A stretch of DNA of 64,000 nt from Octopus vulgaris (GCA_951406725.2 OX597820.1:89342001-89406000); one strand, 5' to 3'. Shown: positions 1-12,871, numbered from the stretch's first letter. Notes: generated by a model not told the origin, from the sequence alone. Program-made: numbers and translations.

Positions 1-201
1 CACGCCGGGCGAAATTCGTAGCAGTATTTCGTCTGTCGTTACGTTCCGAGATCAAATTCCGCCGAGGTCGACTTTGCCCTTCATCCTTTCGGGGTCGATA
101 AATTAAGTACTAGTTACGCACTGGGGTCGATGTAATCGACTTAATCCCTTTGTCTGTCCTTGTTTGTCCCCTCTATGTTTAACCCCTTGTGGGTAGTAAA
201 G

Positions 202-205
<4 letters not shown>
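1..205 (+). mobile_element. tRNA-derived SINE family C, 5' end cut by the window edge
   Basis: Matches the full copy at 63227-63457 (core GTCGACTTTGCC(T/C)TTCATCCTTTCGGGGTCGATAAA, tail GTGGGTAGTAAAGAAATA) and runs into (TA)n. Confidence 0.85.
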
Positions 206-268
<63 letters not shown>

Positions 269-272
269 GTAT

Positions 273-560
273 GAAGGCGCATGCTTCAGTGGTTAGACCG
301 TCGAGCTTACGATCGTGAGGGTGTGAGTTCGAATCCCGGACCGGGCTGCGTGTTGTGTTCTTGAGCAAGACACTTTATTTCACGTTGCTCCAGTTCACTC
401 AGCTGTAGAAATGAGTTGCGACGTTACTGGTGCCAAGCTGTATCGGCCCCTTTGCCTTTCCCTGGTCTTCCATAAAAAAAACTACATTTCCCAGACTTAT
501 GCCTGGGAGGGTAGCTTCCTAGGTGCAAGCCCATGGTCAGTCATGACCGAAGGGGTCTCA
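273..560 (+). mobile_element. tRNA-derived SINE family A, internally deleted
   Basis: Pol III A-box-like TGCTTCAGTGG and B-box GTTCGAATCC, then TTGTGTTCTTGAGCAAGACACTT. Close match to 4133-4465 apart from a deletion of about 50-60 bp. Flanked by (TA)n. Confidence 0.85.
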
Positions 561-561
561 C

Positions 562-690
<129 letters not shown>

Positions 691-1402
691 ATATACATAT
701 AGACACGCTCACTTACACACATACATATGTATGCATATGCATAGATATGTATGAGCGCGTGTATAAATATATGCATGTATATGTAAGTGCATATATTTGA
801 GAGAGAGAGAGAGAGAGAGAGAGATTTATGTTTTATTCATGCACACTCACGCACACTCGCGCACGCACACACGGGCGTATACACCCGCCCGCATACACTC
901 GCGCGCATGCACGCAAACATACCCATGTAATGAGTATATATCAGTTTTACACAATCAAACGACAAAATTAGCTGTTAAAATGTAATGAAGAACAAATGTG
1001 TGTGTATATACACACACACACATATATATACACGTACATTCATATATCTATATACATATGTATGCATATATATATATAAATATATATATACACAAACATA
1101 TACATAAAAATATTCATCCATACACGCACGCACGCACAAACAAACAAACAAACACACACACACATATATATACACATATACACACATATATGGTGTTTAT
1201 GGTAATTGAATTGATGTAATGAACCATAATTTTACACTTACTAATGGCGAGTTGTATTATTGACGATTAGTAAAAACTTTTTGAAATATATTCATCCATC
1301 CATCCATCCATCCATTCATACATGCATACATACATACATATATACACAAGCACACACACACACTGACACACAGACACACACAGACGCACACACATGTATG
1401 TA

Positions 1403-1558
<156 letters not shown>

Positions 1559-1847
1559 TGCAACATGTAGTATGAAACTGATCTCCACCCATGAAGTGAA
1601 ATTAATAATATCAAGCGCGCATCCATGACTGAAAATTTTGCTGTATTTTCTTGAGGAGAGAACATATACATATGCACGTACGCATACATACTCACCTCCC
1701 ACTCCACATACGCACATGTATACATGCACACAGATTTCTCCCACGCATATGTAGTTTTTATGGAGTACAGCAGTAAAAGGGTACTGAAACGTGCTAGCGA
1801 TCAAAGCGAAATAGTTACCCAGAACACCGTTAGCTTCCATACATACA

Positions 1848-2078
1848 CAGGGGTTGGACAAAATAATGGAAACACCTAGCATCATAATTTTGAAATATCT
1901 ATAAAGCTTTTTTACTTTAATGATTTTTTATTATTCATTATTAGTGCTGCTTAATATGTTTTGCTAAAATGGCTGTTTCTTTTCAGATATCAGAAAAACA
2001 TAATTGAAATTTATTGAAATCACAGGACTGTCGGACTTTCAAAGAGGTAAAATTATTGGCGCTCGTACAGCAGGGGCT
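1848..2078 (+). mobile_element. Tc1-like transposon, left TIR and start of transposase (truncated)
   Basis: TIR-like CAGGGGTTGGACAAAATAATGGAAACACCT followed by ...LSDFQRGKIIGARTAGA, homologous to the start of the 8082 copy. Confidence 0.75.
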
Positions 2079-2094
2079 ATAAAGTTAAAATTAA

Positions 2095-3780
2095 AATTTT
2101 CGGGTTCACTTTGAGCGAAGAAAAATGAGAATTCTTTCTACCAAATTAAGTACTTAGAGAAAATAACTGATAAAAGTGGCAGACGTCCTGACTCGCCGTG
2201 GGCAGACAAAATAAGGAATATGTCTGCGCCGAAAAATATTCCAACTTTACAAACATTTATTGGGCTGGAAAACTACTACCAAAACTACATTCCTAACATG
2301 CACAAGAGCTCCATTGAACGACTTATTACAAAAAGGATTAAAGTGGAATTGGTCGACTAAATGCCAGAACACTTTTGAAGAAATAACAAACATTCATAGG
2401 CGCAGGAGTGGCTGTGTGGTAAGTAGCTTGCTAACCAACCACATGGTTCTGGGTTCAATCCCACTGCGTGGCATCTTGGGCAAGTGTCTTCTGCTATAGC
2501 CCCGGGCCGACCAATGCCTTGTGAGTGGATTTGGTAGACGGAAACTGAAAGAAGCCTGTCGTATATATATATATATATATATATAAATGTATGTGTGTGT
2601 GTGTTTGTGTGTCTGTGTTTGTCCCCTAGCATTGCTTGACAACCGATGCTGGTGTGTGTTTACGTCCCCGTCACTTAGCGGTTCGGCAAAAGAGACCGAT
2701 ATAATAAGTACTGGGCTTACAAAAAATAAGTCTCGGGGTCGATTTGCTCGACTAAAGGCGGTGCTCCAGCATGGCCGCAGTCAAATGACTGAAACAAGTA
2801 AAAAATAAAAAGAAAGAAAGAAAAAGAATTCTAATCTCAGACTTGTCGTTAGAACATTACGATACACAAATGGATATCACTGTAGCGTTTGATGTTTTCG
2901 AGCACGGATTAGGTGCAGTTCTATTTCATAAATACGAAGAAAGAAGTATAAAACCAGTGATTACTGTTTCGCGCTCGGTAATAGCAACAGAGAAGAGATA
3001 TAGTCAGATTGAAAAGGAGGCCCTAGCAATTATTGTTGTAGTTGAAAAAATTTCACAGGTTTCTGTATGGCAGAAGTTTTTTTTATTGCAAACAGACAAT
3101 TGACCTTTGCTGTCCATATATTGGTCTAAAAAAGGGTTACCGACTCATACTGTGAACTGCCTGCAACGTTGGGGTGTAATATTAAAAAATTATAATTTCA
3201 AAATGTAGTACACACCATCGGAAAAAAATCGTTCATGTGGACACCTTTAAAAGAGCGTTGAGAAAAGCCAGGAACGAATTAAGTAACGACGAAGCACCGA
3301 CAAGTTTCTAAAGAATATACAGAGTGAGTCCCCCAATCCAAGTACAAATTCAAGGAAGTCTCCCGAAGATTTTCGTACGAAGAATAAAATCCATTTTTGA
3401 TAAACTATTACCAGCGAAAAAAAGACGTAAAAGAAGTACGAAAGAGCCAACGAAATACTTCGAAATCTGTGATAAAGTGCATTTCAAAACCTATAGAAAC
3501 GGTAAAGAAGGCTGAGAAGATGGCCTTGTTACCAGAAAAATTGGAAGTATGATGTATCTAGTTAAAGGGTCACACGGTGAACATAAGAGACATATAAACC
3601 AACTAAAGAAGAGACATATCCAAGATCAGGAAGAAATTCCCATGGAAGTATTCTGTGAAATATTAATTGTACCGGTACCAAAAGTAATAGAGTCCCGTAG
3701 AACCAGCATGAGAAAAAGAAAGGAGACCAAACGCCTTGAGATAATGCCCAAGCGAAAGAGATACTATAAAAAAATTATAA
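2095..3780 (+). pseudogene. Gypsy/Ty3 LTR-retrotransposon pol remnant (RT end, RNase H, C-terminal integrase tail), interrupted by a SINE
   Basis: Translated fragments KIRNMSAPKNIPTLQTFIGLENYYQNYIPNMH and AFDVFEHGLGAVLFH...EKRYSQIEKEALAII, plus QTDN and LQRWG. Multiple stops and frameshifts; integrase core absent. Confidence 0.88.
2399..2826 (+). mobile_element. tRNA-derived SINE family B, full length, with internal (TA)n(TG)n
   Basis: Head GGCGCAGGAGTGGCTGTGTGGTAAG...GGTTCAATCCC, CORE-like GGCATCTTGGGCAAGTGTCTT, 3' end CAGTCAAATGACTGAAACAAGTAAAA with A-rich tail. Near-identical to the inverted copy at 62201-62655. Confidence 0.9.
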
Positions 3781-3829
3781 ATAAACATTTCTTTATTCCT
3801 TTGGAACACGAAATCTCAAAATCTCAAAA

Positions 3830-4471
3830 TGTTGTGCGAGAGTACGTGGCTCCCTGGCGAGAATGGATTGGACCACTACATATAAATAGTAGCGGCATGA
3901 GTAAGTGAGGTTGTTCGATAAGTCCCCCCCCCCCATTTGTCCCGTATATCGTCCCCTCTTTGATTAACCCTTGTGGTTTGAATAAAGTCATCGTGCTAGT
4001 TCCACAGTTCGTGTGTTGATAGTTCAAAGTTGGAGTTCAAAGTTTACAGTTCGAGTAAGCGTTTTGGATTCTTGGTTCTTAAAAGATTGTTACGTTTCGT
4101 GTGGTTACTGTCGTTTATTTCGATTATATTGTGAAGGCGCGTGGCTCAGTGGTTAGAGCGTCGAGCTTACGATAGTGAGGTTGTAAGCTCGAATCCCGGA
4201 CCGGGCTGCGTGTTGTGTTCTTGAGTAAGACACTTTATTTCACGTTGCTCCAGTTCACTCAGCTGTAGAAATGAGTTGCAATGTCACTGGTGCCAAGCTG
4301 TATCGGCCCTTGCCTTTCCCTTGGACAACATCGGTGACGTGGAGAGGGGAGGCCGGTATGCATGGGCGACTACTGGTCTTCCATAAACAACCTTGCCCAG
4401 ACTTGTGCCTCAGAGGGTAACTCTCTAGGTGCAAACCCATGGTCAGTGTCTGACCGAAGGGGGTCACAACA
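3830..4471 (+). mobile_element. Putative 3' LTR of the Gypsy element, containing a SINE
   Basis: Starts TGTTGT (3830) and ends ACAACA (4466-4471), a 6-bp terminal inverted repeat. Contains TATATAAATAG and AATAAA; lies directly after the pol remnant. Confidence 0.6.
4133..4465 (+). mobile_element. tRNA-derived SINE family A, full length
   Basis: GAAGGCGCGTGGCTCAGTGGTTAGAGCG (A box) and GCTCGAATCCC (B box); homologous to 273-560 and 44232-44537. Confidence 0.88.
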
Positions 4472-5129
4472 GTTGCAGTGTACCCGTTTATCCATAAGGA
4501 CATAACTGAATATTTATTACACACGCACAAACACTTCCTCATTTGTGGCCAAATGCGATGGTCATCACACATTGCACATTTTGAAATTGTTGCTGAGCCA
4601 AATTTTAAGTTTTGATTCATCTGAAGAAAACTTTTTTTTCTCAAGACGTAATCGATGTTTTCATCAATAAGAAAATACCGTCTGAAACAACTGTAGTGGA
4701 CTTCAACCCACTTCTGGTCTTTATAAATATATAGGTATATATTATATATTAGTTACGATTTGGGTTAAAATATTGTATTATACCTTACAAAACTCGTCTG
4801 CAGTTATTGGCTACTGGATACCATTATAAAGCGGGAATGCTCTTGTTAATGGCTATATCAGGAATCCGAGAGACTCTGTAGAGTTCATATAAATAGACGA
4901 ATTACAGAAAATGGATTGAACAATATTATTTGAAAGTCCCTACATGCATTCTCATATAATGTGAAATACAGTTTGGATTAACGACAGAATTATTTAAAAT
5001 AATCACCCGAAGAAACACATTTTAAACCTTTGATGGATGATAGTGATTAAACTATATGTTAATTATATCGTATCACCAATGTACTACGAGTGTAACGATG
5101 TATGGAAGCAATTGTATTGCTTTTGAATA

Positions 5130-5700
5130 AAGAAAGTCGTTCTGCTTTGCTGGTCAATATTACTATCATCTCTGAGTTTTCTACTATCATATCCATGCAT
5201 GGTCTTCTGCTCATATACGCTCATCCTTTCTTCTGATGATACGTTGCGGTAGAGTCGTGTGACTTCTTTGGTCATGCATTTAAGGTTATCAGAGAAGGAT
5301 TGTTGCCCAAGGAGCTACCTTCTAAAACTTACGATGTTATCAGCCTCATGTATGCAAACTTGGTCAAAGGGTGCATTTCAACAATTGGTGGTTAAAAAAT
5401 GATATGACATTCAAAGGTATTTTGTATCGATGCTAAGCCTCTGTCGCCATGTTTTCGTTTTAGGTAGAGGCGTTCTATGTTACTGATGATGTGGAAATTA
5501 TGCGTGCTTGTTAGTATCTTCCAGGTTTTCACATCAATGGTTCGGATCACGTCCAATGAAGCTGCCCAAATATTTGTATGAGTACTGGTACTTCAAACAC
5601 ATTGTGGGCCACTGTTTTATTGAATGCAGGGAGTTCTGCGGTCCAAATTTTCTTTATTCGGCTGTAATATTCTTTAGTGACACGTGTTTTGTTACAGGTC
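5130..5700 (-). pseudogene. R4/Dong-clade non-LTR retrotransposon fragment (RT thumb region)
   Basis: Minus strand reads KTRVTKEYYSRIKKIWTAELPAFNKTVAHN...IDVKTWKILT...NIERLYLKRKHGDRGL...KTMHG, matching the R4-type pattern RLYLxRxxGGRGL. Confidence 0.78.
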
Positions 5701-5774
5701 CCATTGTAAGATATGTATGTATGTATTATGTATGTGTGCGTGTGTGTATGTATATTTGTATGTATGCGTAAAAG

Positions 5775-5925
5775 TGTACGGCCTAGTAGTTAGGCTGTTG
5801 GTTCATGGTCATGGGGTTGTAATTTCAATTCCTGGGCGAAGGGGCATGTAGTATCGTTGAGCATGGCACTTCACTTTGATGTTACTCCGGTATACTCAGC
5901 TGCAAATAAGCACCAGCTGTGTACT
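5775..5925 (+). mobile_element. Degenerate tRNA-SINE (family A-like)
   Basis: GGCCTAGTAGTTAGG head, TTCAATTCC, TTGAGCATGGCACTT, ACTCAGCTG. Confidence 0.55.
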
Positions 5926-6249
5926 GGTGCTATTCTTTGTCCCTCTATCAGTGACATTCTGTATGGTCCACTAGGTCAATTGTGAAAGGGTGAGAGGCTT
6001 TCTGTGTCTTGTTCATTAAAAGAGAAAACGAGGTGGTTCAATATGAAAAAGAAAGCGGGGAGTTCTCCTAATTACCAAAAAAATTACAATATTATTAAAG
6101 AAAACATCCTTGATGTTATTGATTGATTTAAGCAAATCAAATCTTCAAAGTCAAGCAGTATAAAATCGTTAAAAAGTAATTGGTACAAGAGAACAAGAGA
6201 TCTGAAACATTGTGTATTAATCTTAAAAAGGAAGCATAACACTAGATAT

Positions 6250-6810
6250 CGCACCAGCATCAACAGAAACTGAAACATACCGGGTGAAAATATGTAACAA
6301 AAATCAAAGAGCACAATGTGTCAAAGTGAAAGACGATGGAAAGAAATGCAATAAAACTGTAAGCATGACCCGGCAAACGTAACCATGTCGCCATTGGGAT
6401 TAGACTAGAAGCAAGTGGAAAGCTTTCGAAATTGACATTGTGTATGATTTGTGGCTGAAACACCCTAAACAGTAATCATAAATATAACCACAGCATTTAA
6501 TAAATTAGAAAACGGAGCAGGAATCGACACCTGAATGGTTTCTAGAGATGAAAACAATATTTATTCGCCAAATCAAAAAGACGAGAAACGGCGCAGAACT
6601 ACATGCCAATAACTTGTTTGCCAATAACATGCCAAAGCCCTTACATATATGCTCAATAACAGGTTGGCTGCTCACCTGGAAAGCAATAACAACATACAAT
6701 AGGAGCAAGAAGAGTACCAGAAAGGGATATACGGTTATGGGGCTGCAAAGACCAACAACTGTTCAACAAGCCAATTATGGAAGAAAAGAAATCACACTTG
6801 AACACTGAGG
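6250..6810 (+). pseudogene. R4/Dong-clade RT fragment (N-terminal RT domains)
   Basis: PEWFLEMKTIFI, YMPITCL and GCKDQQLFNKPIME motifs across frameshifts. Confidence 0.7.
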
Positions 6811-6906
6811 ACGCAGCATAGATTATATATATATGCGTGTGTGTGTGTGCGTGTGTGCGTGTGTGTGTGTGTGTGTGCGCGAGCGTGTGTATACATGTAT
6901 GTATGA

Positions 6907-6953
<47 letters not shown>

Positions 6954-6985
6954 TGCATATATCTTTTTTTATTCTATTATTTTTT

Positions 6986-7373
6986 TATTTGTTTCAGTCA
7001 TCTGACTGCGGCCATGCTGGAGAACCAGCTCGAAGGGCTTTTAGTCGAATGAATCGAACCTAGGATGTATTTTTTAAGCCTAGTACTTATTCTACCAGTC
7101 TCTTTTGCTGATCAGCTAAGTTACGGGGACGTAAACACTCCAACACCGGCTGTGAAGCTGTGATGAGGGGACAAACACACGTGTGTGTGTATGTATATAT
7201 ATATATATGCACGACGGACTTCTTTCGGTTTCCGTCTACCAAATCCACTTACAAGGTTTTTGTCGGCCCGAAGCTATAGTAGAAAACACTTGTCCAAGTA
7301 CCACGCAGTGGGACTTAACCCTGAACCAAGTGGTTGAGAAGCTAGCTTCTTAACACACACCCACACTTGCGCC
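6986..7373 (-). mobile_element. SINE family B, diverged full-length copy
   Basis: Reverse complement aligns end to end with 2399-2805. Confidence 0.85.
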
Positions 7374-8081
7374 TATATATATAAACGAGGCGCAATGTTC
7401 ACTCGACCCCCGAAGGCGAGTGGTAACATTTTTTTACCAGTCTTTTCTCTTTTCATTAACAATGTCCACATATATACATTATTTTCCACAATCTTATATT
7501 TTTTCCTAAGTTCACATTATTCTTTTCCAATCTTACCTTTTTTTTTTCCAAAAAGCTCTTTTACCTTTTTATCTCTATTTTTTCAACCTCTCGTATTCCA
7601 CTACAGAACTCATCTACCATTTTCGCATGTTCTAAAGAAAATGCACCCATAAATCTCTTATATTTTTCATCAGGTTTCCAAACACCTCTATCCTCCATAT
7701 CAAACCCCTCTTTTAGCAGCTTCACTCTCACCAGTCCCTTCCATTTCGCAGTTTTTTTCTCTGCATCCACACCTTTTTCATACACAACCAGGAAACCCTT
7801 GTAGTTACATTGTTTTTCTATTGTTTTTTCTTTCTTTCTTTCTTTCTTTCTTTCTTTCAAATTTTTTGTTTCGAGTCCTTCCTTACCTTTCTTTGGCTCT
7901 GCTGAACTCTCCCTTGCCTTCGCTCTCTTCTTTCTTTCGGGGCTGACGAATCCACTACTCCTTGCCTTTGTTTCTTTAACCTCACTCTTTTCCTTCTCTT
8001 TAACTTCCTGGGTATAATCCTTCTCGTTTTTATTTTTTTCCCTCTCTTTAACTTCAGAAAAACGTAATTAAATTCATTAAA

Positions 8082-8910
8082 ATGACAGATCTATCGGACT
8101 TTCAAAAAGGTCAAATTGTTATGTTCGCATGGCAGGCGCTAGCGTAATGAAAACAGCCGAAATGTTTGGTGTATCAAGAAGTACTATCTCAAAAGTAATG
8201 ATAGCCTTTAAGAAAGAGGGAAAAACCTCCTCGTCGAAACAAAACTCCGAAAGAAAACCAAAACTTTCAGATAGGGACTCTTACGCGAATTGTTTGAAAG
8301 GGTCACAAAAGTACAATTCCCAAAATTACTGCAGAGCTTAATGACCATCTCGAGGAGCCAGTTTCCAGAGAGCAGTGGAAGACTGTTATTTTCTCGGATG
8401 AGTCATCCTTTACTTTATTTCAGACCACTGGCCGAGTATACGCGTGGAGACAGGCAAAAGAAGCATTTGACCCAAACTGACTTCTTCCAACTGTTAAACA
8501 TGGAGGAGGATTTGTGATGATCTGGGGGCTGTATCTTGGAAATCCGCCGGCTGAATGGTCCTTTCATGGCAGAATTAATAGTCAAGACTATTTAAGCATT
8601 TTACCCGATCAAATTCATCGTATGGTTGCGGAACCGTTTCCGGAGGGAAACGCAATCTTTCTGGGATGACAATGCACCAATTCACACAGCTAAAGTTGTT
8701 TCTGAATGGCACAAGGAACATTTTAGTGAAGTTGAACATCTTATCTGGCCATCACAGTCCCCAGATCACAATATTATTGAACATTTATGGTGCATTTTAG
8801 AAAAAGATGTAAGGAGTCGATATCCTCCACCATCATCACTACAAGAACTAGAGACTGCTTTAGCTAAAGAATGGATAAAAATTCCTTTGGAAACAATTCA
8901 AACTTTGTAC
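8082..8910 (+). pseudogene. Tc1-family DD34E transposase pseudogene
   Basis: MTDLSDFQKGQIV..AGAS..TAEMFGVSRSTISKV (HTH), WKTVIFSDESSF, TVKHGGG, DDNAPIH, WPSQSPDHNIIEHLW; frameshifted, TIRs lost. Confidence 0.92.
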
Positions 8911-8979
8911 GCGATCTACTGTTCCAAAATGTATATATACATATAAACGAAATAGAGGGATAAACACATAAAGACATAA

Positions 8980-9079
8980 ATACATACATACATACATTTA
9001 TTCATACATACATACATACATTTATTCATACATACATACATACATTTATTCATACATACATACATTCATACATACATAT

Positions 9080-9110
<31 letters not shown>

Positions 9111-9132
9111 CATACATACATACATACATACA

Positions 9133-9162
<30 letters not shown>
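8980..9162. repeat. (TACA)n tetranucleotide microsatellite
   Basis: Read directly from the sequence. Confidence 0.95.
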
Positions 9163-9163
<1 letters not shown>

Positions 9164-9671
9164 GTAGAAACACACAGAAAATCGTATATGTACATCAACA
9201 TTCAAGACGTCTACAGATACACTCATATAATGGGTAGATAACAGAATTACGCGATGAAATAACAAATTAGTATTCAAGATGAAATGAAGAACGCAGGTAT
9301 ATATTTGATATTTTGTTTACCTCTTTGTTTGAGGTAATTGAATTGGTTTAATGAACCGTAATTCCTCATATACTAACGGCGAGTAATGCTGTCGACAGAT
9401 TAGGAAAAAAACCAACTTTTTGATATATATATTATACATATATGTATTTCTGTAAATATGTAAGAATATATGTACAAATGAAAAGGTTGGATATACACTC
9501 ATGTGTGTGTATGTGAGTGATGAGAGTAAGAGTAAAAGAGAGAGGGAGAGAAAGAGAGATGGGAGACAGAATGAATGCTTGTATATATGTTTACACACAT
9601 CTTTATACGCTATATACATTTACATCTGTAACAACAAACATAAATGTGTATATGTATGTATTTGTAGGTAA

Positions 9672-9735
<64 letters not shown>

Positions 9736-9777
9736 CTATCTATCTATTTATCTATCTATCTATATATGTATAGATAT

Positions 9778-9910
<133 letters not shown>

Positions 9911-10324
9911 AACACTCCCTACGCACATAGCCACTTCGGATGATTGCTGAATTTGTTTCTCCACCTCCAGTATGAAGCCAGTCGGTAATTTGGCTGTTAT
10001 GAGACTTTAATGTCTTGTATTAATAATATTGAGTCTTTTCTGACTCATGGATTTTTTGACAACTTATAGGCTCCCATGTGATGTCGGGTACGTTGTAATA
10101 GGCCAATAATATCTTTAGTTGTTAACCCTGGCAGTGCGCTTATGGAATTGTATGACCTGGGATACTTAACAAAATATATCATCCGAAATCCATCTAACGA
10201 TTTCTATACGAGTATGTTGTTAGAGAAGACGATCGACTTGTCATGCATTTTCTACGACCATGCATGTTCAGCCACAGATTCCAAGCACTTTGAGATTAGA
10301 TCAAGAAAATTCCAGAGTTAAGAA

Positions 10325-12545
10325 CTGGAAACCTTTGAAGCAGATCTTTTTAACATCAAACCAAAACAGACATTCTGTAAGTCCTTAGGGAAGACGTGCA
10401 TAAGTTTAAGAAATTTTTAGGGTTTTACTATTTTCAGATAAAACTAAGAATTGGCAGATACTATGTCAAACACACGGCTCCTAACAAGCAATATGACAAA
10501 AACATACAAGAAAGTTGTCTCAGGCCTATAATATCAATAACCACGAGGTCATAGAAATAGCTTTTAGATTAGGCATCGAGGGTAGAGTAGAAGCCTCACT
10601 GAAGAAAGATACTTTTATAACAATTAAAGAACACAAGCCCAACTTCGCCTCCAACACCAAATGTCGGTTGATCAAGCTTGCGAAGTCAGTGATCAGTTTG
10701 GTGAGCAAACACCAGCTCAAAAAGATCAACAACGGCATTAGGAGAGCCTCTGGTCTCTTCCGATCGTGCGAAACCAATAAAGTCATCTAATGTTTTAAAA
10801 TCAACAGCTGCTGAAGCAGAGTAACGTTCATCGAATATGATATAATAGATTTTTATCCAGCTGTATCGAGGGTTTTGTTACATAGGTCGCTTATTTCGGT
10901 AGGAGCTATACTGAACTTAGCAATGGTAATATAAATATCATCATGCACGTCAGCAAAGCCCTGCTATTCGTCAATGGTTCGATCTGGGTTAAGCAGACTG
11001 AATCGGAAGGCATTTCCATGTTGCGTTGGCAGCATTCAGCAGTGCTGATGCATGTAACTGTATTGACCTTTTTAATCCTGACATGTTTACAAAGACATTC
11101 CCATCAACTAGCTTTGACCAGGATAGGGAAGATGTCTTGGTACTATACAGAGGGTCGAACGACCATAAACTGAATGGACTCAGGAAGGATCTGATTCATG
11201 CACTTAATTCTCCTGGGTCCAAAGTCACAATAGAAACCAATTTGAAAGTAGTTGGTTTCCTGTATAAGATATTAAACCTAAACACTGGCACCTATAACCA
11301 TTTTAGGAATATATATATTAATACTGCTACCTGCCATCCAACCATAGATTTCAGGAGCCTGGTTAAGATGAGCAGTAGAAGAGTTTCCAACCTATCTTAA
11401 GATAAGGAGAGCTTCCATGCCTGCTACAATTGGTTTCAGTGATGAAATTAGTAATATGCCCGACCCTAACCCCACCAAGAGAAAACGCCACCAGAGGGTT
11501 ATACAGTTTACACCTCCATTTTCCATTAAAGTAAAAAGCTCGCGAATGTAGGATTTTAATTAGTTTATTCGATAAGCATTTACCTCAAATAAAAGATCAT
11601 TAATAGTTTGATACATAAAAAAACATTGAGGTTCTCTTTTAGCTATACACCTAACAGCAAGAAAATATTTATTAGTTGGTCCAAACCTAGAATAGAGACA
11701 AGCTGCTTAGGTAGTGGTAACACAACATGCCCACTAAACAACCAATGCAATATAGAAACTGTTGTGTATGAGACGGAGGTTGTGATGAAGGATCTTAGTG
11801 AAATGACAAAAATACGGACATGTTTGGGTGCAACAGAAGATCTCTTCAGAACCATTGAACAATCCAAGTCCTTGCTTAATATCCAAGTTAGGCAAATTGC
11901 TACAACTCTTAGCGAAACATGTATCTACATAAAAGGAAAATGCTATGAGAAAAGTGCAAACCTTACATTAACAGCAGTAGACTTTGTTGTCGTTATTTAG
12001 GATATTTCTTGTTTTCCTTTGTAAGGGAGGGGCATTAGTTAGATATGCCTTAGCTTTGTTACAGATGAGAATAAAATATCCTAAATAGCAACAAGTAAAG
12101 AAATGACCAACCTAAACTTACCACCTGCCAACATTTTTTTGTAAGAAAAGTTGACATACCCAATTACTAAGGGCTTAACTACTGGACTTTGTACCTTTGA
12201 CTTTTATATTGTCAAAGCAAAAAGATTAAATCCAATAATACCAAAAGCAACGCAAATACTATTACGCCTTGTTCCTATCTAACAAAAGAGAAACACCTAC
12301 GGGCTTGTTTACGAAGTTCTACATGCATGAGTAAATTCTAAACAAGAACATAATAAATTTAATCAAGATTTCTCCAAAACACCTCGACATTACAACCAAC
12401 CATAAAAACCTTATTACATCTCCCACTCAAACCCACACACTCAAGGAAGACTTTAACTTAACAGAGACTATATTATGGCGTGACTAATTCTAATGCTTCA
12501 CAATCCAACGATAGCTTAGCAGGCCGAAATTTCGATGTCGCTGTC
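10325..12545 (+). pseudogene. Penelope-like retroelement (RT plus C-terminal GIY-YIG; Naiad-like motif set), decayed, with 3' UTR
   Basis: In order: FITIKEHKPNF..KCRLI; FIEYDIIDFYP; SKALLF...WVK; MAAFSSADAC; DREDVL (YRDD-like); TIETNLKVVGFL; RKRHQRVIQFTPPFS; TCPLNNQCNIETVVY; TTCQH. Clade assignment is from remembered motifs only. Confidence 0.88.
12501..12543 (+). ncRNA. Decayed type-I hammerhead ribozyme-like motif at the PLE 3' end
   Basis: CAAT-CCAACGA-T-AGCTT AGC AGGCC-GAAA-TTTCGATG-TC-GCTG. Topology is retained but the core and stems are mutated. Confidence 0.35.
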
Positions 12546-12568
12546 AACAATATTCTTGCTTAAAAATA

Positions 12569-12569
<1 letters not shown>

Positions 12570-12666
<97 letters not shown>
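12570..12666. repeat. (TATC)n microsatellite; also at 22311-22403 and 22614-22750
   Basis: Read directly from the sequence. Confidence 0.95.
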
Positions 12667-12871
12667 ATCCTTTTTAATTTCTTTACGCAAAAGCCTTCGA
12701 GTGGGCTCCTAAAAGCTCCTATGCTACTCGTTGCTGGCTACCGCTTATTATTCCCACCTTCTCAAGTAATCACATGGTATTGTTATGCATGTAGCGCTGC
12801 ATATAGCGTAGGATAGATATATTAATAACGAGAAATTTTTCGGAAGGAAATCTTTATATTTCATTAATGCA

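Noticed and set aside
273-345. tRNA-like heads (also at 4133 and 58602) as tRNA genes
   Set aside because: No proper acceptor stem or terminator; they continue into dispersed SINE bodies.
1848-8910. One Tc1 element split by a 6-kb insertion
   Set aside because: The two parts overlap by about 90 bp of diverged homologous sequence, so they are separate copies.
9950-10320. Additional minus-strand PLE RT fragment
   Set aside because: Only a vague WPI motif; not enough evidence.
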